Origin: Dimorphilus gyrociliatus
Lineage: Eukaryota > Animalia > Annelida
Reading direction: 5' to 3'
Assembly: GCA_904063045.1 (NCBI GenBank)
Contig: CAJFCJ010000007.1
Location: 2,239,404 to 2,303,403, forward strand
Length of the DNA stretch: 64,000 nt
The notes below the pieces were generated by a model. That model saw only the letters and a program-made list of their open reading frames with translations, was not told the origin of the DNA and did no database searches. Position 1 is the stretch's first letter. Each line of letters begins with the position of its first letter. The position numbers and the translations under genes were made by a program. Below, in pieces: positions 1 to 10,300 of this stretch.

Positions 1-253
1 CAATCACTTTTAGCTCACCAAAGTTACTTTTTCTCTATGAAAAACTCTTTAAATCTGACTGAATGGCTTTGCGCAACTTTTATGAAAACGCGCTGAAACG
101 GAATTATGGGATACACAAATGAACCGCGTGCCTCCGGTTTCTTGTTGAAAGAATATTTTGCATTTATTACCAGTTTTTCGTAGGAATAATTCTATTTCCT
201 GTAGTATTTTCGTTTATATTGCGTTTCGAAAACAAGCAGGATCAAACAGCAAA

Positions 254-973
254 ATGGGGAAAGGTTACCATAATTATATGTCAAAAAAGTTCTTTCATCC
301 TGATAGTGCAGAAAATATTAAAAAAGTATGGATGGCCCGAGAAAAAGATAAGTATGATCGAAAAAAAGAAGAGGATAGTATAAATCAGTATAAACGTGAA
401 CAAGAACTAATTGAGCATCGAGTTTTACTGGGAGACGAAAAAGCCAAATTAGGTCTATCCTTTATGTACGATGCTCCACCAGGCTTGAAAAAGGAAGAAG
501 AAGAACTGGAACCTCAAAAAGAATATAAATTCGAATGGCAAAGAAAATATAACGCTCCAAGAGAAGCTTTCGCTAAAAATGATGAAACTATTCTCGATCA
601 ACCATTTGGTATAGAAGTCAGAAATGTTCGTTGCATAAAATGTCACCAATGGGGTCATATGAATACGGATAACCTATGTCCATTCTTTAAGAAAAATCTT
701 ACTGCTGAACCACCTCAACCTGGAAAAGAAGAGCAAGAAGAGAAAAAGGAAGAAAACGATGAAGAATTTCAAAGAAAATTAATAATGAAGCCAGACAAAA
801 GAGATTTGATGCCTAAAAAGGAAAATGAAAAATTAGAATTCGAAGACGACGATACAAATGCATTTTTAAGAACTTTGACCGATAAGCAAAAGAAGAAACT
901 GCTGAAAAAATTAGAAAAACGTAGTAAGAAGGAGAAAAAGAAGAAGAAACATAAACACCGTCATAGAGATTAA
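254..973 (+). CDS. CIR1: Corepressor interacting with RBPJ 1 (CIR1), single exon
   Basis: [30 protein letters not shown]...[12 protein letters not shown] and the zinc-knuckle-like [11 protein letters not shown] match CIR1, with a Lys/His-rich tail. The true start is the ATG at 254, not the ORF-track start at 158. Confidence 0.92.
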   Translation: MGKGYHNYMSKKFFHPDSAENIKKVWMAREKDKYDRKKEEDSINQYKREQELIEHRVLLGDEKAKLGLSFMYDAPPGLKKEEEELEPQKEYKFEWQRKYNAPREAFAKNDETILDQPFGIEVRNVRCIKCHQWGHMNTDNLCPFFKKNLTAEPPQPGKEEQEEKKEENDEEFQRKLIMKPDKRDLMPKKENEKLEFEDDDTNAFLRTLTDKQKKKLLKKLEKRSKKEKKKKKHKHRHRD

Positions 974-1559
974 CATTTCATTATACTGATCTGTGTTGTA
1001 TAACTTTTATTAGAACAATAATTGCTGAAAACAAAAAAGTTATAACAATTTGAACTGTAGTCAAAACGTTTTTATATAATTGCAGGATTTATCTTATGAT
1101 TGTTTCAGCGCATATTTTTTTAACAACAGTAGACATCTCCATTAAAAATACATGTACTTTTTATATTACATATTTGATATGGAATTACAATAATACTCGG
1201 ATTATTTGAAATAAAAATGTAATGGATGCACTTTTTCTAATGACAAAGTAGCACTTAAAAGGTTTAATGGTGTATTATATTAACACTTTTCGCCGTATGG
1301 GTACAGCCAACCATTATCGATATCATTTAGGTTACCACACGGAAATTACTTAAAGTAAACGAAGCCACTCTAATTGAATAAAATGGAACTGTATATTCAT
1401 AATATACACCGACATTGTAACTATCTCAATAGAATCTCAAGTACAGATGAGACGAAATTTTATCCAGAAAAGGTGGATATGCATTATGTTTATTTATTCT
1501 AAGGCCGTAAAAGTTTTAATTACGTATTACAAACGACAACTTTTAATAATTAACATACT

Positions 1560-2175
1560 ATCATTTTTCAGCTCTTCAAATTATCATTTCTTATCATACA
1601 TTTACTTAAATTAACAAAAGAAACCCTTGGAAAACTCTTGGGAAAAAGCCCTAAAACGGAATTGTGCGAGATACAAATAAAATCTTTGCCTCTGATTTCT
1701 CGTTGAAAGAATATTTTGCATTTATTACCAGTTTTTTTGTAGGAAAAATTCTATTTCCTATTGTTTTTAAGTTTAGTTTGCGTTTCGAAAACAAGCAGGA
1801 TCAAACAGCAAAATGGAGAAAAGTTACCATAATTATATGTCAAAATTCGAAGATGACGATACGTAGTAAGAAGGAGAAAAGAAGAAGTATTATAAACACC
1901 GTCATAGAGATTAATATTTTCTCAAACTGCTCTATATTCTATAATTATTATTAAATAAGACGATGATATTTATGGCAAATTGTTTTAACTTGCAGTGAAT
2001 GAGACTCATTGCTGTAATATTAAACTGATAAAAAAACAAATTGTTTTCATTTTGGTTAATTTAATATATCTTCTTTGTTAATATTTGATATATAATGACA
2101 ATGCTCAAATTATTTGAATTGAAATTTAAATGGATGCACTTTTCATAATAAGAAAGTTGTAGTTAAAAGGTTATG
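1560..2175 (+). pseudogene. Degenerate tandem duplicate of the CIR1 locus (promoter, start, end and 3' flank) with two internal deletions
   Basis: 1690-1846 aligns to 130-286, 1846-1862 to 839-855, 1863-1915 to 921-973, and 2101-2170 to ~1195-1263. The residual frame is MEKSYHNYMSKFEDDDT* from the ATG at 1813. Confidence 0.85.
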
Positions 2176-2212
2176 TACCGTTTGTTATTAATAGGGCTCG
2201 GGAAAATCCGAG

Positions 2213-2277
2213 TGAGTCATAGATCATGTGATCTATGACGATAAAGCTGACTCGCTTCCACGTGATCACGTGCGTCA
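2213..2277. promoter_or_regulatory. E-box/AP-1 motif cluster upstream of syntenin
   Basis: TGAGTCA 2213-2219, TCATGTGA 2224-2231, palindrome CACGTGATCACGTG 2259-2272, TGCGTCA 2271-2277. Confidence 0.5.
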
Positions 2278-2397
2278 TCGTCATAATATTATTATTACAC
2301 AGATCAGAAGAAATCGATTGTCTGCACGACACACAACTGCAGCTTGTTTCTACATTACAGTTTAATAATAATTTAAAGCAGAACCTAAACATCAAAC

Positions 2398-3264
2398 ATG
2401 AGTCTTTATCCTTCTCTTGAAGATATGAAAGTGGACCAAATGGCCAAAGCTCAACTAGCTCAAATGCCACCTCAGCCAATGGTTGCTAGTCATTCAGCAA
2501 CAGAAGTGACTGAAAATTACCGAAATGAAGCATCATTGTATCCATCTCTAAGTGAATACATGGGAATGGAGATTACCCCAGCAATGCAGATGCAGGTACA
2601 GCCAGCCTCTAATGGAGCAGTATCAACCTTCGGAAACCAAGGACAAGTAGCGCCAGTTACTGGTTATAATGCTGGTTTGGTAAGAGCCGAAATCAAACAA
2701 GGAATAAGGCAAGTGATAGCTTGTAAAGATGGAAATGGCAAAGTTGGAATGAAAGTAAAGGCTATTAACAAAGGTATATTCGTAGCATTCGTCAACAAAA
2801 ACTCTCCTGCCGCTCTTGCTGGAATCCGATTCGGGGATCAAATTCTTCAGATAAACAGTCAGTATGTTGCCGGATGGGATACTGATAAGTGTATGAAAGT
2901 TTTGCAAAAGGCACCTAGTGAAAGAATTGAGTTTGCTATCAGAGATAGACCTTTTGAAAGAACAATTACGATGCAAAAAGATAGCACTGGGCATATTGGT
3001 TTCGTGTTCAAAGACGGCAAAATTACTGCAATAGTTAAAGATTCGTCAGCAGCAAGAAATGGTGTTTTAATCGATCATCATTTGATTGAAATTGGCGGTC
3101 AAAACGTAGTTGGAATGAAAGACAAAGAAGTATCTGAAGTAATCAGCCATTGTGGAACAACAGTTACCATAACAATAATGCCAACATTCGTTTATGATCA
3201 CATGAAAAAATGTCTTGGTTCTGGTCTCTTGAAAAAAATGGATCATTCTATTCCCGAAGTATAG
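2398..3264 (+). CDS. SDCBP: Syntenin-1 (tandem PDZ adaptor), single exon
   Basis: N-terminus MSLYPSLEDMKVDQ, a second LYPSL motif, two PDZ domains (GIRFGDQILQINS; GHIGFVFKDGKITAIVKDSSAARNG) and C-terminus MDHSIPEV. Confidence 0.95.
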   Translation: MSLYPSLEDMKVDQMAKAQLAQMPPQPMVASHSATEVTENYRNEASLYPSLSEYMGMEITPAMQMQVQPASNGAVSTFGNQGQVAPVTGYNAGLVRAEIKQGIRQVIACKDGNGKVGMKVKAINKGIFVAFVNKNSPAALAGIRFGDQILQINSQYVAGWDTDKCMKVLQKAPSERIEFAIRDRPFERTITMQKDSTGHIGFVFKDGKITAIVKDSSAARNGVLIDHHLIEIGGQNVVGMKDKEVSEVISHCGTTVTITIMPTFVYDHMKKCLGSGLLKKMDHSIPEV

Positions 3265-4379
3265 ACTCTGAATATACAAAATGTATGACAGTACAGTATA
3301 TATTTAGTTTCTATAGTACATTAACAATATTCTATTATATTTAACATGTCATTTTAAAGGCAGAACAGAGATCAACTACCTCTTTATCTCTAACAATCTC
3401 TTTCTCGCTAAGTTTCGTCTTGAACTGAAAATTTTAAATCTTCAACAAATTGCCACTTAAACAGATATTTTGCTCTGTTTGTTCTTAAACAATTTCAACT
3501 TAAAGAGGAACTATGCCTTTATTTTTTTTTGTCTGTTAGACCTAATTTAAACTATATCTTATTTTTTATATTTTGTTTGTCAAAAACATATAAATAATAT
3601 ATGACTACAACAATCTAGAATTTGAATTATTTATTACCGTATCATTTAAAAACAAAATGCGTGACTGGTGAAGTGCTGTGAACCTACGCCATATTTAATA
3701 TCTTTTATAAAAAAAAAGGAAGTTTATTACAGTTATTTTAGATAGAAATTCGTGTAGATGAGCATTTTCACTCATTTTATTATTAACTTATTAAACTGAT
3801 ACATTAATTTTTTTGTTTTTTAACAGTTTTCTAGAAATTTATAAATAAATGGATAGATTTCAGTTATTTTACTATTTTTAATCTGAAAATAGTCCTATAT
3901 TTAAATATATATATATATATTTTCTATATTTGCTATAGATTTTATAACAAGGATGTTTCATATGAAAACAAATAACTAAGGATTTAATAATTTAGTACAA
4001 TAACCATAAATTTTCTATTTTCGTTTGGTCCCTATGCATATTTTAAATTAATAAACTCTTCTCTGCCAGTTGTTATATGTTAGATTAGTAGAGATTGATC
4101 GTAGTATCTCAAATAAATTGGGTATTAAACAATATCGTCAGTTAAAAATATCGAGGAGTGAATCTAAATGGGTTCGGCTGGTAAAAGTTCAGGTGTTAGG
4201 TGATGTTAAAATAGCATTGGAAATATGATATGTGGTCGGAGTAGAGGAAATAAGACAGAAAATTTCAAATAACACTGTACTACTTAAAATAACTTTATTG
4301 ATAAGAAATAACAATAAACTTTGTATACGGAATCAACTTGTTTATAATCTTTGGCTTGAACTTGGTGAATTTGTACAAG

Positions 4380-6011
4380 ATGGCGCCGCCCATGTGGAGG
4401 AAAAAATTAAAAACTTATCTGAAATGGCAATATTTGAAGAATCAATTGTTGAATCCAGAATGCCCTTATCTAATCATGACTGGTTTATTTATTGCAGAAA
4501 TAATTGTAAATTTACTTGTAATATGGAAAGTAAAATGTAAGTTTAGTATTAAATACAAGTGTTCGTTGAGCGATAATTGGTGAATTTTTGCAAAAGATAC
4601 TGAAATAGATTGGATAGCGTATATGCAAGAAGTTGAGGGTTTCTTAAATGGAACTTTAGATTATGGAGAACTTAAAGGAGATACTGGACCATTAGTGTAA
4701 TTAAATTAGCACTCTTAAATATGTATACTAAAAAGTTTAATGTCCCTTATTGTAAACAGTTATCCGGCTGGTTTCGTTTATGTTTTTTCTGGACTCTATT
4801 ATTTAACTAATCATGGCATCAACATAAAATTAGCTCAGTATTTTTTTATGGGTCTCTATTTAATGAACTTATTATTGGTTTTCAACGTTTATCGGAAAGC
4901 TAAAGTGGTAAGTAAAGTCATTAATTAATATTGTACAACTTTTTTAAAAATAACTCTTTCCCCACAGGTTCCACCATTTGTATTTTTGTTCATGTGTTGC
5001 ACTTCATATCGTATTCATTCAATATTTATTCTTCGACTATTTAATGATCCTGTTGCTGTATTCTTATTCTTTATAGCGCTCAATTTCATATTAAGTGATA
5101 ACTGGACACTCGCCTGCCTTTTCTATAGGTTAAACTTTATTTATTATATACACCATAATGTTTTTTAATTATTAATTAACTTTGCAGTTTATCTGTAAGC
5201 ATCAAGATGAACATTTTACTTTTTGCTCCAGCCCTTTTATATCTTCTTCTCTGTCGTCATGGCATTTACAAAACCTTTTTAAAATATATTGCTCTATGTG
5301 CCCTCGTTCAATTGATACTGGCGTATCCTTTCCTCCAAGAGAATCCAAAAGCGTATCTAGTTATGTCCTTTGATTTTAGTCGAAAATTTTTCTTCAAGTG
5401 GACTGTTAACTGGAGATTTCTGAACGAAGAGTTGTTTCTAAACACTAACTTTCATCTTTGCCTACTAGCACTCCACCTATTTTTTCTTATGACATTTGGA
5501 TATTTTAGATGGATAAAAAAGAATGGAGGTTTAAGAAATATTCTAGCAGGAAAGCCAAAAAATGAGCTTGGAGTAAATGGTAAGTTTGATAAATAGTTGT
5601 TTTCGCATTATAAGGCTCTTTTATAAAGCTTAGTGTCAAATTTTAATTACACTTAGATATCATCGAGCCGTTGTTTGTTTCTAATTTTATTGGCATGTGC
5701 TTTTCAAGATCACTTCATTATCAATTCTATGTTTGGTATTTCTACACTTTACATTATCTTTTATGGCGTATTCCGATGTCATCTACGTTAAGGTAAACTA
5801 CCAAAAATTTAATAGCGTTTACTTTTTCCTCTGTTTAATTTATTCTAAAAATATTCCCTCCAGGTTATTACTATTAGGACTGATCGAAATGTCTTGGAAC
5901 ACATATCCTTCAACGTCGCTAAGTAGTTTAACCTTGCATAGTTGCCATTTTATTCTACTTATTGGCTTATGGTTGAGAAAAAGTGAAGAGAAAAGTGTCA
6001 AAACGTCATAG
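4380..6011 (+). CDS. ALG3: Dol-P-Man:Man5GlcNAc2-PP-Dol alpha-1,3-mannosyltransferase, multi-exon
   Basis: Spliced motifs [66 protein letters not shown] and [14 protein letters not shown]. Canonical short introns (e.g. 4537-4596, 4697-4759). Confidence 0.95.
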
Positions 6012-6020
6012 TACAATAAA

Positions 6021-6058
6021 AGAGACAGAGAGAGAGAGAGAGAGTGTGTGTGTGAGAG
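6021..6058. repeat. Compound (AG)n(TG)n microsatellite
   Basis: Directly visible just after the ALG3 stop. Confidence 0.85.
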
Positions 6059-6212
6059 AAAGACAGATAGATGGAGAAGGGGAGGGGGGATAATAAATAA
6101 ATAAGAGAAGCTTCAACTATTAGGAAAATATTTTTTTCAAAAATGTTTTTAAATTCCAAATTAAACCAATAAAAAATTGTAATTATTAAAATTTATTATT
6201 TGATTTGAATTT

Positions 6213-6227
6213 GTTGTCCATAGCAAC
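6213..6227. promoter_or_regulatory. RFX X-box-like element GTTGTCCATAGCAAC
   Basis: Near match to the GTTNCCATRGNAAC consensus (perfect CCATAGCAAC half), ~190 bp upstream of the ATG at 6406. Confidence 0.4.
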
Positions 6228-6405
6228 AACAAAAAAAACCATTATGTTTAAATAAAATGTTAATTTGTCTATTTGAATAAAATTCAGGCTATTTCGGAAT
6301 TGTTTTTAAAGTAATGACGTTTTTAAATTCAAGTTCATTGCGTAAATTGTTTCCTTAAATATATTGTTAAAATATATATACTAATATAAATGTATATATA
6401 TATTG

Positions 6406-7062
6406 ATGGAAATTTTAATGATTATCTTCCTTGTTTTATATTTTTTCACGATAATGGAAGGCATGAGTACAGTGAATAGAGAACTGACTATTAGACCAGC
6501 TGCCAAAGGTTACTCTATGCCATTAAACAAGCTATTTTATTCACTAGTTTAATCGTTAGATCTGGCCAAACGGAAAAAGGTAACCATTAGTTCAACATTT
6601 GGAAGGTCAACAAATGAAAAAGGTATTTCTTTTGCTGTTGATGGCCTAGAAGACACATGTTTAATCATTAAAAGTTCAAAGGCTGATGACTTTCCTTGGA
6701 TGACAGTTAACTTAGGAAATATCTATAACGTCACACACGTTTATATATATTCAGGAGGTACTACTAGCTTTTATGTTTGCTTAGGTTCACAATAAAAAAA
6801 ATGATTCTTTTCATAAGAAAACACTCCATTGAATTCCGTTTCTGTTGGAAGGACGACAGCGGAATTTCCTAAAATAACTGAACTAAGAAATCCAATGAAT
6901 AAGAGTGACATATGTTTTCCCGTACCAGTTTCCGACTTTTCAATCACTGATCAAATTTGCAGTAAACCTTTAAGAACTAAATTTATTTCACTGTTCTCAA
7001 AATTTGCCACTGAACTAAGGGTTTGCCAATTTAGCGTTTTTGATGACCCATTAGAGCCTTGA
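6406..7062 (+). CDS. Small secreted F-type lectin/discoidin (F5/8 type C)-like protein, 181 aa, 3 exons (6406-6508, 6560-6757, 6818-7062)
   Basis: Signal peptide MEILMIIFLVLYFFTIMEG; DLAKRKKVTISSTF, FAVDG, PWMTVNLG, and C-terminal CSKPLRTKFISL...LRVCQFSVF resemble the FTP fold. Intron phases (1,1) are consistent and stop-free. Only exon 3 appears in the ORF track. Confidence 0.7.
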
Positions 7063-7378
7063 AAATTTAAGATATCTATAGAAAATGGAAATTTGACTAC
7101 AAGGATAAATTCAAGTCGTGATAAGAATGCAAATATATGTATATTTTTTGACTAAAGATAACTTATGTCTAAGTTTTTTGCTTAATTTTTTCAGGGAACA
7201 ACCGAAACAACTCACAGGCAAAAAGTAAATTCTTTTAAATTTGATAAGTTCTACCTGACTGCGAAATAATTAAGCATATCTCCCTAAATTACAAAGTTTA
7301 AGACTATAAACCACTTCATGTGTTGCTAAATTGAATTTAACAAAATGTTTATTATCGAAAATTCCTTCTCTTACTTAG

Positions 7379-10300
7379 CTATAAGGTTTCGTAGTATATC
7401 AAGAAATCTTTATCGCTATCTGCAGTTGCTTCTTCCAAGAGAGACTAAAAGAAAATAGTGAAAGAGATTAAAATGTTATTTCGTACAAAGTTAATAAATG
7501 ATTCGAAATAAATCAAATACCTGCATTCCATCAGTGTCATTCTTCTCTTTAAGTAGCTGGAAAAGAAGTTTACGCGCATAGGAAACGGATAAGCCGGTAT
7601 CTTCCACTTGAGAGGCCTGAATTGACTGGATAAGTAACCGCTTGGCGTGCTTAACGTTCTTCTTTTGACTTAGGGCATGAAGTAAAAGGGTTCCTGAACT
7701 ATTTGGACATTTTTCTATAATTTCTCTATTCGGTCCCTTTTTAAAGTGTTTATTTTGTTTTTATCAGGAATAATAATATAACTTGTACAAACCTTATTCT
7801 CTTGTAAATCATACAAGGCAACTGCTAATTTAGAAAAGATTAAGAACGACTGACTGTAAAATCGGAGTGATAAAATTAGGATTTGTAAGACTCTTTCTAA
7901 AAATTAATTTACCTGCTATAACCATTTGCCACTTGCCTTAAGTCATTTTTCAAATTGAGTTTTATTAGAATACTTAAGAGCAATTGTAAACCAAAAGCGT
8001 TTCCTTTATTCCCGGAAGCAGTTAATTCTCTCAAAGCTTTGGAATTACATTCTAGGAACGCTGAAAGTATCTTAAGAACATTATCGTCTTCATATAGCCA
8101 AAGGGCCTGCTCCAAAAACTGTCTGGCTTGGTCTTCTCTTTTTGAGAAAAGTAGCTGCGTAACATAGAGACGGGCACACCACAGATGAAGGTCGTTCATT
8201 CCCGGTAAATCGCTATCGGCTTCTACTTTTAGCATGACAAACGTTGTCAATTTTAAATTGCAATTGTGATTCTCTTCAACGTCCTTTCCTTTAGCTTCCT
8301 CAATGACTGTTTGACCATGACAAGCGGCTGCCAAGAGTGCCCAGTGTTTTATAGAATCAGGGTGAAGATGCAAGAATTTTTGAACGGATTTAAAAGCATT
8401 TCGACGTGAATTAGTTTGTGAATGGTGCCCCGCACTAAGACTTGACAAGCAAGTTAATAACAAAGCATTCTTTATGTCCTTCCTACACGCCCTCTTGCTG
8501 CAGGATGCCGCCGCTTGATTTAGGCGTGTGGGATCACTTGCAAGAAAGAAAGGTGTAATATATTTACACAGTCGTTCGTTTTTAGGATTCTCGTGCAAAT
8601 TTTTCATAAGAAGTGCTTTTATATCTCCTATATCAACGTTATTTAATACCGAATTCATTGAACGGAAATAAACGTCCAAGTTTCCCCCATATATTGTTAA
8701 AGTTTTCCGTAAAAGTTCTGGATCATTTGATAGAATACTAATGGCAGAACAGCATTCTAACAGATCGTCTATTTCCTTACAATGTGTTCCACATCCTTGT
8801 AACCTGAAAATAGGGCGGAAAAAGAAAATATTAGTATTCATACAGTAAATCCGATGAGAATTAATAATTATACATACGAATTTGCTAGAATTTGTTTACA
8901 TAAAGTAACTTTACCAAAATGATAAGCCATTTTAGCTCTTGTCAAAGCTATTCGAAGTCTTTCATATTTATCCGTACAAAGTTCGTATGCCTTCTTAGAG
9001 GCTAATAACAAAAATTAGGGATAATTTTTTTAAAAGGCTCATGATGAAAGTGTAAACTTACACACTATACACCTCTCGTCATTTGCGCAAAACTGGATAT
9101 ATGACTCTAAATACTGAATCTGATCCGGTTCGCACACATTATTCTCTTTTGGTATTTGTGCTAAGTAGTTGATGGCTGTTTCCCAATCTCTCCTTTTACT
9201 ATAGATTTTATAGTAGGGAGATAAAACATAAAGGATTAAATATATGAATTAATAAATTAAACAAGTAGGCAATTAATAAAGATAAGCACCAATAAACCCT
9301 TGCACAATTCCAGGCTATAGCTGCTTTAAAATCATCTTCGTGCGGTAGAAGATTGTAGGCTAATGTTAGCTTTTCAGATGCTTGGTTATACAATCTTTGC
9401 CTTTCCAGTAATAATCCTAAATTATTTAGAGAAACAGCGTCATTCTTTACACGTTCGACATACTTCATTAAAACATCTACTGCAGCTGGAACTGCATTCA
9501 TCTATCAATAATAGACCTTGTTTATATTTTTCCCCATGAAAATACGTAAAGTATAACTCTATTCTTAATAGATAAATTTTTTATTACCTTATTGATACTA
9601 TAATCGTAGAAAGCTCCTTTAGGAGATTCTTTGTCCAATATAGTCTTACATACCCAAGAGGCGTAGCCGCCTTGAGATTCAATCTAATGAAAGAAAAGAT
9701 TTCTAAAGAAATTCTATTAAGAAAAAACAGCTTACATGATTTTGTAATTGTGTCGTATGTCGAAATAAATCCATGGCATCATCATCCCCTATTCGTTCTG
9801 CAATTAAGGCTTGTCCAATCCAACAGGCGACGTAGGAAGGATCGGCTGCTTGAGCTCTTTTGAAGGCTTCATGGGCTAATTTAATGTTGTCATTTTGCAT
9901 ATAGAGAACACCTAAATTTGTCCACGACGGAGCATTCTACAAATTAATTATACGGGTCAATATCTTATCAATTGAGTAACCTAAATGGAAATGTCTTACA
10001 ACTGGTTCTATTTGGATAGCTTTTATAAAGCAGTGTTGTCCCAAAGCTGGATCGTCGATCTCTACACACAATTATGCATTCATCAAGGGTCAAATAAAGA
10101 AAACATTTAGCGCGCAGTACCTTTCGACAAGGCTATTGTTCCCAAAGTTGTCCAATGTTCGTGGCATGTTTGGTTTAGTTTTACAGCTAGTTGAAGACAA
10201 TGTAAAGCCTTTAGCATGTAATTTTCCTTAATTTTACTAATCGACAACCAAGAGGCTAATCTGTAATAATTTACGCCTAGATCATGATGGAGGGCGGACG

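Noticed and set aside
158-253. N-terminal extension of CIR1
   Set aside because: Non-ATG start; family similarity begins at Met 254.
1664-1954. 96-aa ORF as a gene
   Set aside because: Off-frame read-through of the CIR1 duplicate's promoter and remnants.
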